Of a stretch of DNA of 64,000 bases, positions 46,201-56,077 are shown in pieces. Source of the stretch: Verrucomicrobiota bacterium (GTDB lineage: Bacteria > Verrucomicrobiota > Verrucomicrobiia > Limisphaerales > AAA164-E04); NCBI GenBank assembly GCA_047947115.1, contig CP170459.1, forward strand, positions 5,984,001 through 6,048,000, given 5' to 3'. The notes below the pieces were generated by a model. That model searched no databases, had not been told where the DNA came from, and saw only the letters and a program-made list of their open reading frames with translations. Position 1 is the stretch's first letter. Each line of letters begins with the position of its first letter. The position numbers and the translations under genes are program-made.

Positions 46201-46930
46201 GCCGCGCGTTTCCCTGGGGATCCAACTGTACAGTCAAGGTAGCCGGCCACACCTCAAGTTCCTTGTATATCTGCCGCATATGAACTTGGGTGAGCCCTAA
46301 ATCATCTTTTCCTGATGAGGAAACTATCCATTCCGCTTCTGGCTGATCGATCATGAACAAGTCCTTGTTGTTTTCCAAAAGCTTCAACGCGGTTGTTTCT
46401 TCCAGGGTGTAACCCGGCTTCGCCCTCTCCGCAGCTTCTCCCAATCGCCATCCTTTTAAATACTGAACAGTACCATTTTGCGATCTCCCGCGCGCCCTCA
46501 CCTGCTTTCCGCTCGCCCAATGCAACTTAGCCAGATTTCTGGACTGCTCCGCGTTCCATGCATGGGGGGGATCGACCGGGACCGATTTCCGGCCCTGAGG
46601 CCCCCCAACTGGGAGCATCGGGTAATCTACCATGCCGATGGGGCGAGTGCCTCCTGGAATCAAGTGCTTCAGGGATTGCGCGGAAGAATATAATCTGTTG
46701 GCAGATCGGATCGAACCGACCAGCGCGTTGCGGTTCCTCAACGCGTCAAGCCGCCCCACAGTCGAAGTGCCATCATGAGGTTCATGGTGGGAGCCGCGTT
46801 GAGGCCCTGACTCAAACACGACCACCAATAAAAAAACGTAAGCAAAGTATTTCGAAATGGTCGCAAACCTAAAAGTGTGCCTATCGGAGCTTTTCATGAT
46901 CAATTCCTTTTGATGCCCCCCATCATGCAC
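43211..46930 (-). CDS. Secreted M4 (thermolysin-like) metallopeptidase with accessory C-terminal domains
   Basis: Propeptide-like region; NAYW, HEMTH, NEAFADIFG and GGVHLNSS; then a propeller-like region, Calx-beta-like domain and DDDGD..PNLMEYALGTDP; start uncertain. Confidence 0.88.
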   Translation of the reverse strand: MHDGGHQKELIMKSSDRHTFRFATISKYFAYVFLLVVVFESGPQRGSHHEPHDGTSTVGRLDALRNRNALVGSIRSANRLYSSAQSLKHLIPGGTRPIGMVDYPMLPVGGPQGRKSVPVDPPHAWNAEQSRNLAKLHWASGKQVRARGRSQNGTVQYLKGWRLGEAAERAKPGYTLEETTALKLLENNKDLFMIDQPEAEWIVSSSGKDDLGLTQVHMRQIYKELEVWPATLTVQLDPQGNARLVTAAYAPTPRNLDVVPTLDQDDASHIALNYLRDEHLSFSHDAQVEEQRLLVYAPIEEDASLAYSIELHAGSGVDWLVMVEAHTGEVLASINQVCSAAAQGSGMDAGGQTQTIELWEEENVFTMVNTTKPMFDAQRSDPPFYQTTFGGISIFDAKGVNPQQDPQAFNPQPVTSTDAHFGFGPNAVSASVNLAKVYDYYQKQHQRNSIDGQGGSIIGIINVPIDNAYWQNDLITFGNLNNWAHTLDFAAHEMTHGVIEKTANLVYQNQPGAMNEAFADIFGESAEAFHEGGTPDWKLGSRLTRPIRDMRDPASVEIGNGRRYPIKMSEIIAPNDPYLDNFPGRDNGGVHLNSSIINFAYFQLAEGLPGAVGIPTAERIFYRALTTKLQKQSQFLDCRIACVQSAEEIFGAGSNEVTQTANAFDVVEIFEQAPAPEPTPLPTVSGEDSTLFTFVSPIDGATYLARREAGMGDPVSGTLLVQVPVAPGKRPVVSSDGTEALFVTSDFAMAYINTSDGEGEILTEPGTVWSVGASPDASMLGFVLMRDNQPEDIINIYDVTTDAWAEFDLKAPALDGGATDTILFADVVNFSPDNRVLYYDALNRITFSDGSQMDTWSIYALDTTAQSTISIVPPIPGASVGNPSMGRVHANHMVFEAEDLQTGRSHILTHDLTTGETHEVGVIFTSAGLAFPDYFGDDQSVLYSDYAFDGFFGFLTGSGLVRQPLASDGLAPEGAPTIWLEGSNAGATIGAMYRRGVYEGLNSVEVTLSQPTVGEGHATAVSFVLHRAGVIDQPLSVQFLLTGTASPGKDFVTIPLSASFAAGEDSARVAVQLIDDIQQEEEEKLTLTLTESRQYTLGARAQATLVIQDDDEAVLSGYGKWAAERGIGGPTLDDDGDQRPNLMEYALGTDPKAFTPGSPLLAEVTGIGGQSMLAVRIARNGKPTDVDFDFEISSDLMVWKSAGGAATVLEDTDSTLLIGIGTSLLDADRTFVRLVVRMR

Positions 46931-47026
46931 ACTATGAGCAAAAGATCAAAGGGAATCACTCCGTTTCATCATGAGATTCATTGAAATCCACGCAGCAAAA
47001 TTTGCACTCAAAAGCACCCATTATCT

Positions 47027-48340
47027 TCACTTGTCCACATGAAGCAACGAGGCCATCGATTCCGCAAAAGCTTTTCCAATCTGGGTTAAAATTTTTGCCG
47101 AACCGAGGTAATGGTATTCGCCATTGGACACTCCTTTTTCCAAAGCCAGCAGTTCCTCTGCTGTAAACGCTTCCTTGCTCAATTGCTCGCGCAACTTCTC
47201 CTGTTCCTCCCGTGAAAGGGATTTTTCTGACTGAGCTTCTCGCACTTGCTGGTTGATTTCGTTTTGACGGGCTCTCAATCGAGTCAATTCCTGATCCCAA
47301 TAAAGCTCGGTTAAAACGGCCGCAACATTGCCCAGGAATTCAGGCATACTTGCGGGAGCCGCCATCGCATCGCGATAGTTTTGATGAATCCCCTTGTAAC
47401 GTTGCTGCCCGGGCAGATACAGATCAACTGGACCACCCACCCCCAAAACTCCAATCACGAAAGGTAACTTCGGAGCCTCAAGATCCTTGCGCACATCAAG
47501 GATAAAATGCGCCAAAGCATCGCTGTAAGCATCATAGCCGCCGGGTTTGTCACGCTCGGGGTATGCCCCTCGATCCACCATGTCGTTCCATCCCTGAAAC
47601 CAGACCATACCGGCCAATTCGTATCCTTCATCAGGTTTGTAATCAGGACAAATTTCCTGGATCTGATTCAACGATTTTTTAACGAACGTCAGCGTCTCAC
47701 GATAATAGTGCCCGGTAGCTTCTGCTTTTTCCCGTTTAATGGCGTCAAGATCCTTACCTTGCTTCGTGAAGTTCTCCAATTGCCCAGAGTTAAAAACATA
47801 AGGACCGGAACTCGGCGATCGAAAATCCGTATTCAGACTTTTGCCACCCCAGGCAGCCTTGATCAGCAGGATGGGTTCATCGAGCATTTTCTGCATAAAG
47901 ACACCAAAACTCCATTCCGGCCCGATCTTCTCCTCGCTTGCCCCAAATCCAGCCGTGAGTTGCCCACTGACAACCCCCTGTGAAGAAAGATAGGTAATCC
48001 AAACATTCTCCGACACTCGGGGTTTGCCATTGGAATCGGTCAAATCATGGAGAATCGGTGCGGTTTCAGGGTCCATGCCAACATGCTCCAAGGTGCGGAC
48101 ATGCGCATGCCCCTGCATGTTGGATTGACCAACCAAAACAAACACCTTGAGAGGCTTGGCTTCCACGTTCAAAGTATAACCACCTGCTCCAACAGCAAAG
48201 CCAATGAGCAGAGTCCACAATAGGCATTGCTCCCAACCCGGCCTTGTGGTCCGGAAATGATGAAATGGACGTGTCGAACTTGCGGAGGACAAAACGCCGG
48301 TGTCCTGACCTGCGAGGGGCTTCTGGTTGCGGGTATACAT
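47027..48340 (-). CDS. Sialate O-acetylesterase (SASA/SGNH) family carbohydrate esterase
   Basis: VFVLVGQSNM, IGPE, IKAAWGG, WFQGWND, C-terminal YHY; start uncertain. Confidence 0.82.
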   Translation of the reverse strand: MYTRNQKPLAGQDTGVLSSASSTRPFHHFRTTRPGWEQCLLWTLLIGFAVGAGGYTLNVEAKPLKVFVLVGQSNMQGHAHVRTLEHVGMDPETAPILHDLTDSNGKPRVSENVWITYLSSQGVVSGQLTAGFGASEEKIGPEWSFGVFMQKMLDEPILLIKAAWGGKSLNTDFRSPSSGPYVFNSGQLENFTKQGKDLDAIKREKAEATGHYYRETLTFVKKSLNQIQEICPDYKPDEGYELAGMVWFQGWNDMVDRGAYPERDKPGGYDAYSDALAHFILDVRKDLEAPKLPFVIGVLGVGGPVDLYLPGQQRYKGIHQNYRDAMAAPASMPEFLGNVAAVLTELYWDQELTRLRARQNEINQQVREAQSEKSLSREEQEKLREQLSKEAFTAEELLALEKGVSNGEYHYLGSAKILTQIGKAFAESMASLLHVDK

Positions 48341-48585
48341 GGCTCATATCATTCGTCGGAATGCGCAGGAATTCAAAAAGAAAATCTCCCACCGCCCTAC
48401 AAAATTCCCGCCACACATATTCAGCTAACTTTTCGGTAACCCTTTTCGAGCATTTGGGATCGTATCGCATGATACCCCGGTCTGCACGCAAATCATACGA
48501 AAGGTCCGGGTAGATTTAATTTAAACAACCACCTTATAATCTATGCATTACCATCAAGCATAATAAAGTTCGCAGCATTGGCTGC

Positions 48586-49551
48586 TTGATAGCGCTGGCA
48601 TTGTTTGCCATCACATCCTTCCCATCAACAGGCTTCGCCCAAGGACGTGGCATCTACGGAGACTGGAACATTGAAACTCAGTTTGGAGAAATGACTTTTC
48701 AGTCCATTCTCAGTTTTTCACGGGATCAGGACGGCAACCTCACAGGCGACTCCATCAACTTTTTCGGTATCAACCCTCTGAAGGATATCTCTCTGGAAGA
48801 CGGTCAACTGCAATACACCCTCACCCGCATGGGACGGGACGGAGCAATCACCTCCAAATTCAAAGGCACCGTTGCCGACGGCAAACTAAGCGGCACGATG
48901 TCCAGCGATCAGGGCGACACAAAAATCACCGGCGAACGTGCCCCACGCGTTTCACGCGCCGTTGGAAGCTGGGCCATGACCATCAAAGCGGGAGAACGGG
49001 AATATACCGGCACACTCGATCTCACCTCGAATGATTCCGGCGACCTGGCTGGCACCTGGACCAGCCAACGCGGCACGGCAAAGGTATCCGATGTCAATTA
49101 CAGCCGAGGTGAACTATCCTTTAAACGCATTATTGAAACTCAGGACACCAAATGGGAAATGACCTTTACAGGCACCATCAGGGGCAACGAGCTGACAGGC
49201 GTCTCCAAATCCGACCGCGGAGAAGCGGAAGTTACTGGAAAACGCAAAAATGCAGCTACCATCGGCACCTGGAACCTCACCAGCGATTTTAACGGAAGAT
49301 CCTCGGAACAACGCCTGAGAATCAATGGAGACATGAGTGGTCTCTACGGTTCACTGCCCATCGAAGACGTGAAACTCGAAAACAACCAACTGGCCTTCAA
49401 GGCAACATCCAGCTTTGGCGATCGTGAATTCACCTGGACTTTCAAAGGAAACATTGATGGAGACTCCATGAAGGGCGAAATCACCACCGGTCAAGGCACA
49501 AGAGAAGTCACCGGCAAAAAAGTTGTCCGAACCTTCCGCCGCACTCAATAA
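48586..49551 (+). CDS. Secreted hypothetical protein of three tandem ~100-aa beta-rich repeats
   Basis: Signal peptide ending GFA-Q; three repeats each starting G.W and ending F.G.(I/V).G..L.G.....G.R/K. Confidence 0.75.
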   Translation: MIALALFAITSFPSTGFAQGRGIYGDWNIETQFGEMTFQSILSFSRDQDGNLTGDSINFFGINPLKDISLEDGQLQYTLTRMGRDGAITSKFKGTVADGKLSGTMSSDQGDTKITGERAPRVSRAVGSWAMTIKAGEREYTGTLDLTSNDSGDLAGTWTSQRGTAKVSDVNYSRGELSFKRIIETQDTKWEMTFTGTIRGNELTGVSKSDRGEAEVTGKRKNAATIGTWNLTSDFNGRSSEQRLRINGDMSGLYGSLPIEDVKLENNQLAFKATSSFGDREFTWTFKGNIDGDSMKGEITTGQGTREVTGKKVVRTFRRTQ

Positions 49552-49553
49552 CC

Positions 49554-49616
49554 ATAGCCACATTCGAAAACAGTAGCCGCACTCGAAAATAGTAGCCGCA
49601 TTCGCAAGAATGTGGC
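49554..49616 (+). repeat. Three 19-bp tandem GTAGCC-type units ending in a REP-like hairpin
   Basis: TAGCC at 49555, 49574 and 49593; last unit folds GCCGCATTC-GCAA-GAATGTGGC. Confidence 0.65.
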
Positions 49617-49630
49617 TCTCATGTCAAATC

Positions 49631-49670
49631 ACAGCGACACCAACACCATTCGGCGTCGCTGTTTCTTTTC
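49631..49670 (+). terminator. Possible intrinsic terminator
   Basis: ACAGCGACACC...GGCGTCGCTGT stem followed by TTCTTTT. Confidence 0.5.
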
Positions 49671-49714
49671 CCTTTCCCTCACAATAACCTGCCACCGAAT
49701 ATCCTATACAAAAA

Positions 49715-49904
49715 CTCCGCGCCCTCCGCGTTCTTGGCCCCTTTGCAAAGAAAAATGAAGGGTTTTAATACGCTGAAATCGTCAATTTTCAGCATAGTGT
49801 TTGTTCGCGTTAAACGAAGTTCAAACTGAACCTGCCTGAAACGCAGGGTTTGGAATGGCTGCCCGGTTGCTATCGCCAGGACGCAAAGGCGCGAGGACGG
49901 AAAG
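49715..49904. repeat. Inverted-arm element (CTTGGCG/CGCAAAGGCG family), degenerate
   Basis: Left arm CTCCGCGCCCTCCGCGTTCTTGGCCCCTTTGC; right arm CGCCAGGACGCAAAGGCGCGAGGACGGAAAG. Confidence 0.55.
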
Positions 49905-50001
49905 GTTCTTTTGATGTGGAAACAACGAACAGAGGAACGGAGAGTTTCTAGATTACCGCATCTTATCCGTCAGAACCGGAATCAATGAAATTTGCCACAG
50001 T

Positions 50002-51057
50002 TCATCTCTCATCATTAAAACGACGCCATTCCTTATCCAGCATTGAGGCATCAGGAGCCCCCAGATGCACCACATAACGGTAAGTGGAGACATAGGGCTT
50101 GCCGGGAGCAATTTCGAACTCACCCAAAAACATCGGCGCGTAACAAAAATACGGCATCGATGGATGCAATCGAACTGGCTGTGGAGACCTGAAATTGTCA
50201 GAGTGCGACAATACAGCAATCCCTGTTGGCTTTCCTCCTAGCTTGCCATGCAAACTCACCCAATTGGGACGACTATGATTGCCCTCTTTCCAGGCATTCC
50301 CATCACTGGTCAAATAATCGTAATGCCGATACAGGGATGGCAACGTTTTATCAGGATGCTCTCGAGCAGCTTTTTCAAGATCTTGAATCCGATTGCCGAG
50401 ATCGGTATCGATCCACTCATTACTCCCACGAATCGCCATTCCTCCATAATGATATTCCTCGATCTTCAAAGGTGAATCACTGGCGCATTCATGCTTGGAG
50501 GTAATGTCAAATCGGAAAGATTCTTTGGAATCATTGTAAACACGCACAGTCCATGTCTCGCGCAACACCGCTTTGGGATGATCCTCATCCTTTGTGTCCA
50601 GATAAAGCATTTGAACCGAAAAGCCTCCCTCGGTTTCCCCGCTTTCAACCGACAACACTTTGTCATGCTGAACACGCCCAAGTTCCAGTTTCTGATTCCA
50701 GAACTCCACCGGATGCCCTTCGAACTCGCACTTGGTCCAGGCAAAAAACAAGGCATGCTGATGCAAATGATCCGAAGGAAAATCTCCGGACACCACCTGC
50801 CCGGCAGGATTATAGATGGGATGAATATGCCCGCTACGAGCGTAATACGACTCGGTTCCAACCGGACCGGTCAAAGTGGCCTTGTTATAAGTAAGCACCG
50901 GCTTCCCGTCCACACTAACCTGTATGGCATCGTCCGTTTCCACACACACGACGCCCTTGGATATAGAACTCTTCACCTCCTGTTGAGCTTTAATCCCCAT
51001 GCTGGAGCCAATCAAACAACAGGCCGTCAAAATAATTTCTGCTGATAATACACGCAT
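50002..51057 (-). CDS. PmoA-family (PF14100/DUF6807-like) secreted protein; not a true methane monooxygenase
   Basis: Signal peptide; RSGHIHP, DHLHQHALFFAW, YHYGGMAIRG, HSDNFRSP. Confidence 0.75.
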   Translation of the reverse strand: MRVLSAEIILTACCLIGSSMGIKAQQEVKSSISKGVVCVETDDAIQVSVDGKPVLTYNKATLTGPVGTESYYARSGHIHPIYNPAGQVVSGDFPSDHLHQHALFFAWTKCEFEGHPVEFWNQKLELGRVQHDKVLSVESGETEGGFSVQMLYLDTKDEDHPKAVLRETWTVRVYNDSKESFRFDITSKHECASDSPLKIEEYHYGGMAIRGSNEWIDTDLGNRIQDLEKAAREHPDKTLPSLYRHYDYLTSDGNAWKEGNHSRPNWVSLHGKLGGKPTGIAVLSHSDNFRSPQPVRLHPSMPYFCYAPMFLGEFEIAPGKPYVSTYRYVVHLGAPDASMLDKEWRRFNDER

Positions 51058-51176
51058 GATAGTTGATCAGTGAGCTCCACGGAGCGTAAAGAGGAAACAC
51101 TTACGAAGCAAGTGAAACAGGGGGTATTCCACCTGATGAGGCACGATTAAAAGTGCGGGGTGAATGGTTTTTTGTT

Positions 51177-51261
51177 AACCACGGAGGACCCAGAGAGCAG
51201 AGGTAACACTTTTTACACTAATTTATTGCAACTCTCTGTGAGCTCAGTGTCCTCTGTGGTT
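51177..51261. repeat. Inverted repeat of the ACCACAGAGG.CACAGAG family
   Basis: AACCACGGAGGACCCAGAG ... CTCAGTGTCCTCTGTGGTT. Confidence 0.6.
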
Positions 51262-51295
51262 TTGATAGGTTTACCCCGTGGAAATAATCGCACCC

Positions 51296-51435
51296 GATAG
51301 ATCGGGTCCTCTGGACAGGCCCATTGAAGCACCCCCTCTCTACATTTCACCTCACTCTGGAACAACCTGCACTATCCCACACGCGACCGCCGCATCACTA
51401 TCACTCATGGGCGGATCGAGAAAGTCCGGTCTACC
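51296..51435. repeat. Inverted pair of GTAGATCGG-type REP-like elements
   Basis: GATAGATCGGGTCCTCTGGACAGGCCC (51296) and reverse GGTAGACCGGACTTTCTCGATCCGCCC (ending 51435); third copy near 61353. Confidence 0.55.
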
Positions 51436-51468
51436 TGCGAAATCCGTTTGAGAACAGCGAACATCCCA

Positions 51469-51504
51469 TTGACTCCACACATGTCAGACATTAATGTCTG
51501 ACAT
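51469..51504 (+). promoter_or_regulatory. TA operon promoter with perfect 24-bp palindromic operator
   Basis: TTGACT(51469)-17-TAATGT(51492); ATGTCAGACATTAATGTCTGACAT at 51481-51504. Confidence 0.75.
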
Positions 51505-51744
51505 ATGACAACAATCACATTACGCCAGTTGGTGCGTGAGACCCGCAAAGTCAAACGCATGACCGAAGCTGGTGATTCCTTCCTGGTTACGGATCATGGC
51601 AAACCCCTCTGGAAAGTAAGTCCAGCCACTGAAGCGGATGAAGATTCCCGTGCCAAGGACATTGACGCCGAACTTGATTTGCTCTTGGCAGAGCCAAAAT
51701 CAACCTACAATCTCGCCGAGATTGTCATTCAAAATCGCCGATGA
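51505..51744 (+). CDS. Phd/YefM-like antitoxin
   Basis: 79 aa; ITLRQL...V....E.G....VT.HGKP; ATGA overlap with the PIN toxin gene. Confidence 0.8.
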   Translation: MTTITLRQLVRETRKVKRMTEAGDSFLVTDHGKPLWKVSPATEADEDSRAKDIDAELDLLLAEPKSTYNLAEIVIQNRR

Positions 51745-52211
51745 AAGTTTGTGCAGACACTTCCTTCATCATGAAATTGCTCGTTTCAGAACCGGGCAGT
51801 GTGACTGCAGCAGGTCTTTACCGGCATCTCAACCGACCGCGTTTACCATTTACGCAAATCCACCAAATGGAGGTCGAATCCGCTTTAGCACAAAAGGCGT
51901 TTATCGCCCGTAACAACGGAGCCAAAAAGGACGTCGTTCGCAGGGAAAAGGCGGCCGGAATTGCCAAACTCGAAACTTGGTTACAAAAGTCTCTCCTTAT
52001 CGAAACCGAAATCAGATGGCTTGAATGTTTTGATCAAACACTCAAGTTCCTTCCCTTGCAAAGTGAAAAACTCGGTTGCCGTACCCTGGACCTGATACAT
52101 ATCTCGATTGCTATCTGTTATCAGGCTGAGCTTTTTGTCACATGCGATGAACGCCAGGCGAAAGCCGCCAAGGCCGAAGGATTAAAGACCCGCCTAGTTG
52201 ACATTAGCTAA
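51741..52211 (+). CDS. vapC: PIN-domain toxin (VapC family)
   Basis: ADTSFIMK, EVES, RTLDLIH and FVTCDERQ acidic PIN motifs. Confidence 0.85.
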   Translation: MKVCADTSFIMKLLVSEPGSVTAAGLYRHLNRPRLPFTQIHQMEVESALAQKAFIARNNGAKKDVVRREKAAGIAKLETWLQKSLLIETEIRWLECFDQTLKFLPLQSEKLGCRTLDLIHISIAICYQAELFVTCDERQAKAAKAEGLKTRLVDIS

Positions 52212-52376
52212 CCATCTCCTGACTAACGGGCTTTAAATGAAGCATCTTCACGTTGATCCAAAAGCCCCCGCAACTTGTCAACCATGCTGCCACGATAGGT
52301 GCCCGATAAATGATAATCCGAATGCAACCGGGCATTGGGATCAGATTATCCCAAACTTGTCTAAACCGGCAGAACC

Positions 52377-54752
52377 ATGGATGATATCAGCTGTTTCATG
52401 AAGCAAAGAATTGCGCAACAATGGCTCTTGGGATTGCTGATGGTTGGCATTGGAATCTGGATAATCTTCCAGAATCACCCCAATTCAACAGCTACGAAAC
52501 CGACGTCCATTGATCGTCAGGACATCAACCAGGAGGTCCGTGACCAGGTCGCGGCTATTCAGGAACGGGAACAGATCATGGACAACACGCTTTGGAGTGA
52601 GGAAATGATCGCACAATCGTTGAGCCGCATCGTGGAACAGTGGTGGGATCAAATCAACGCGTCTGGCTCCAAATTAACAGCCATTCAAAACCTCGACCTC
52701 CCAGACGTCATTCTAGGCAACTGGATCGAATTCGAAGCAATCGAACGACACCACATTCAGAGGTTAAAAAAAGCAGACACCATCAAGGCACTCAGTCAAC
52801 AAGAATGGAAAAATTGGATCGAACAATGGAAGCAAGAACGATGGGAATTGAACACCATCGAATTCCGGCACATCAAATTCGATCCATCACCGGATCCATA
52901 TCGGAGTGAGTTTTATTTTCGGGCGACCCTCACCCAACAACAAGACAAGCAGCGCTTGATGGTGGAAGGCCCCTTGATCATTCAATGGAAACTCAGAGAA
53001 GAGAACGATCAGTCTCGTCCCGTTTTGATCAAGATGGACACCCGCCAGCTCCAATGCATCGTCTCACAGGGATCCCCGCCATTAGAACTCGTGTATGACG
53101 CAACCATCCCCCCTCCCACCAATGCTCATGCCATCGATCCGATGCTGGTTTACGATTTGGATGGAGACGGGCGATCAGAAATAATCCTCGCCAATAAGAA
53201 CCTGGTTTTACGACTCAACGATGAGGATCAAGTGGCAAGCACACCACTTTGCACTTTCCCGCCGGGACTACTTTCCACAGCCGTCTTGTCCGATCTGAAC
53301 AACGATGGAGCCGCGGACTTCTTATGTCACAAACATGAAGGGCTGGTTGTCATTCCAGGCTCGCGATCGGGTGTGTTCGATCAATTCGAGATCATGCTAC
53401 GCCCGAGCTCAAAAGACATCGAATACCCCATGGTGCTTTCAAGCGGGGATATCGATCGGGATGGGGATCAAGATGTTTTTCTTGGGCAATACCGCATTCC
53501 CTACGAAGGAGGGTCACTTCCGACGCCTTTCTGGGATGCCAACGATGGTCATCCGTTCTACCTGCTTCGCAACGATGGCAACCTGCAATTCACAGATATC
53601 ACGAATCAAGCACTTCCCAAAGCCAAACGAAACCGCCGCATTTACAGTGCCTCGCTGGCCGACATGGATGGCATCAACGGGCCTGATTTGGTCGTCGTCA
53701 GTGATTTCGCCGGATTGGATGTTTACCTGAATGACGGCTCCGGTCAGTTCAATCCCCCGGTTCCTTCGGTGTTCGGAGAAACCCTCGGTTTTGGAATGGC
53801 GCATGCCCTGGGAGATTTCAATACGGATGGAAAACATGACCTGCTCATGATCGGCATGACTTCCCCCACTGTGGACCGCTTGGAACATTTGGGCATCCAT
53901 CGACCGGGCCTGACCAAAGACCCCACCGCCAGAGCACGCCTGGCACATGGCAACCGCTTGTTTCTTTCCACTCCAGAGGGAAACTACATACAGAACAACC
54001 TCAGTGCATCCATCACCCGAGCAGGTTGGGCATGGGGATGCAGCGCGGCGGATTTTGACAATGATGGATATCCCGATGTCTACATTGGAAATGGTCTGGA
54101 AAGCGGGCAATCCGTCCGGGATTATGAATCCGAATACTGGCTCCACGATGCCTTCGTCGCTGATTCAAACAAAAACACGGCAGCCTATCTCTACTTCAAA
54201 GAAAAATTCGCTGAAACACGAGGAAAAGACCAATCCTACGGCGGTTACGAAAGTAATCGCCTCTATCTCAATCGAGAAGGCAACTCCTTTTTGGATGTTG
54301 GCCACCTATGGGGCGTTGGCCTCCAGACCGACACCCGCAACGTGGTCGCCGAAGACCTGAACGGAGACGGGCGAATGGATCTGGTTTTAATCCAATACCA
54401 GATCTGGCCCGAAATCAAAGAGTCTCTCCAAGTTTACTTAAATCGCATGCCGGAAACCGGAAACTGGATTACTTTCCAACCTGAAGCCGGCCCGAACAAC
54501 CCCTTTCCCACCGGTCTGCAAATCACCATCCTAACTGGAAATCAAAAAAGCATCAAAGAACTGGTCAATGGGGATTCCTACCGCTCACAGCATAGCCAGA
54601 AGATTCACTTTGGATTGGGAAAATCTACAGTCGTGAAACATGTAAAAGTCCAATGGCCTAACGGTCGCCTCATCCACATGGATCAACTGGAAGCCAACCG
54701 CCAATACACGATCCCCTATTCAGATCCAGGAGATCTCAACGATATGGAATGA
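52377..54752 (+). CDS. CRTAC1-like FG-GAP repeat / ASPIC-UnbV protein
   Basis: Many D.(D/N).DG..D repeats; C-terminal GDSYRSQ...HFGLG...V.WPNG; N-terminal TM. Confidence 0.88.
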   Translation: MDDISCFMKQRIAQQWLLGLLMVGIGIWIIFQNHPNSTATKPTSIDRQDINQEVRDQVAAIQEREQIMDNTLWSEEMIAQSLSRIVEQWWDQINASGSKLTAIQNLDLPDVILGNWIEFEAIERHHIQRLKKADTIKALSQQEWKNWIEQWKQERWELNTIEFRHIKFDPSPDPYRSEFYFRATLTQQQDKQRLMVEGPLIIQWKLREENDQSRPVLIKMDTRQLQCIVSQGSPPLELVYDATIPPPTNAHAIDPMLVYDLDGDGRSEIILANKNLVLRLNDEDQVASTPLCTFPPGLLSTAVLSDLNNDGAADFLCHKHEGLVVIPGSRSGVFDQFEIMLRPSSKDIEYPMVLSSGDIDRDGDQDVFLGQYRIPYEGGSLPTPFWDANDGHPFYLLRNDGNLQFTDITNQALPKAKRNRRIYSASLADMDGINGPDLVVVSDFAGLDVYLNDGSGQFNPPVPSVFGETLGFGMAHALGDFNTDGKHDLLMIGMTSPTVDRLEHLGIHRPGLTKDPTARARLAHGNRLFLSTPEGNYIQNNLSASITRAGWAWGCSAADFDNDGYPDVYIGNGLESGQSVRDYESEYWLHDAFVADSNKNTAAYLYFKEKFAETRGKDQSYGGYESNRLYLNREGNSFLDVGHLWGVGLQTDTRNVVAEDLNGDGRMDLVLIQYQIWPEIKESLQVYLNRMPETGNWITFQPEAGPNNPFPTGLQITILTGNQKSIKELVNGDSYRSQHSQKIHFGLGKSTVVKHVKVQWPNGRLIHMDQLEANRQYTIPYSDPGDLNDME

Positions 54753-55608
54753 GCTGGATGCGTTCGGCATACCATGCCATGTCTTTCTTACCTGCGGCGT
54801 CGAAGGGCTTCACTGCACCATAACTGTATTCAACGGGATAAACGGAAGCATTGCTGAGCCATTTATGCACCTCGGCATGACCATCGGCAAATGAAAACCC
54901 TGCGGCACCGTTGTGATAGGAAGCGGGACGATCCTGCCAGTTATTGACATTTGGATCAGTCACAAAGAAAGCGTCATTGATGGAATCAGGATGCTCATCA
55001 AGAGTCAGGTAAGTCTGGCTCGGTTGTGCTACATCCGATGTCTTGATGAACTGACGATACTGACCGCCAAAGGCCCAGCTTTTCCCTTTCACGGTATTAT
55101 CGTTCGCATCGTTGTTCGACCGACCAAACAGGGCGTTCATGGACATGCTACGCAAACGCTCCTGGAATCCCGCCTTCTTCTGAGCCTGACTTAAAAAATG
55201 ATCGGCCGGGCATTTGTAGATACCAATAGCTCCATCGGTGTAGGGGCCAAGCACCCCGTTCTGCACCCATAATTTATTCGTGACACTTCGATCATCAATG
55301 GACCCCCCGGCTCCCCATGTCATGACATTGTTCACCCAATTGTTGAATCTTCCTGAGGTGATGGCTTGCTGAGTGCCGGGAATCGTGAAGTTGTTGGCAC
55401 AATGGTCTTCAAAATCGACCGTATACAATGTCCATCCTAGTACCAACTGCTTGTTGTTGCTAATGCATTTGATGCCCTGAGCCTTGGTCTTGGCTTTCGA
55501 CAAGGCAGGCAACAGCATGCCTGCCAAGATGGCAATGATGGCGATGACGACGAGAAGTTCGATCAGCGTAAAGCCACGTACAGATGTATGAACAGATTGT
55601 TTTTTCAC
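54736..55608 (-). CDS. Prepilin-type N-terminal cleavage/methylation protein with H-X9-DG motif
   Basis: [45 protein letters not shown]. Confidence 0.92.
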   Translation of the reverse strand: MKKQSVHTSVRGFTLIELLVVIAIIAILAGMLLPALSKAKTKAQGIKCISNNKQLVLGWTLYTVDFEDHCANNFTIPGTQQAITSGRFNNWVNNVMTWGAGGSIDDRSVTNKLWVQNGVLGPYTDGAIGIYKCPADHFLSQAQKKAGFQERLRSMSMNALFGRSNNDANDNTVKGKSWAFGGQYRQFIKTSDVAQPSQTYLTLDEHPDSINDAFFVTDPNVNNWQDRPASYHNGAAGFSFADGHAEVHKWLSNASVYPVEYSYGAVKPFDAAGKKDMAWYAERIQLIPYR

Positions 55609-55702
55609 GATGGAGTAAAATTACCCTCCGCACAAAAACCGTCAAGCAAGAATATACCACCTTCAAATAGATGGGATTCATTCAATCTGGTTGGAGAACC
55701 GA

Positions 55703-55990
55703 TTGGCAGGGCACCGCTGCAGCGGGGCCGCGAGCGCGAGAAGTGGATCCAGGAGCCTGAAACGTCTCGCGGACTATTAATTTGAGCCGGCAGCTCACAC
55801 CTCGCATGGATGCCCAACGGATATTATTCACCTCATTACACGTCGCGGACTTGCAGCAGCAAGTCCCTACCAGCGCAAAGCGCCCGGATTGGTAGGGACG
55901 CGCTGCCGCGCGTCCACGAACGTGGCGAGGAGATGGAAGATTCCAGTGATGATGAACGCGCCACAGCCGAGCAGCAGTTCAGCCAAACCA
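55703..55990. repeat. BIME-like cluster of four GGTAGGG-type REP palindromes in alternating orientation
   Basis: 55703 (+), 55847-55872 (-), 55889-55915 (+), 55966-55990 (-, degenerate). Confidence 0.65.
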
Positions 55991-56077
55991 AAATGCAGTC
56001 GGTATCCCACCACCCTGAATCGCCCCAAAAAGTAATCCTGCCTTGTCTCTATGCCCTTTCAGCCCTAGAAAAGATGC

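Noticed and set aside
50002..51057. Particulate methane monooxygenase (pmoA)
   Set aside because: Soluble secreted protein of the misleadingly named PmoA family; no polytopic TM pattern and no pmoB/pmoC.
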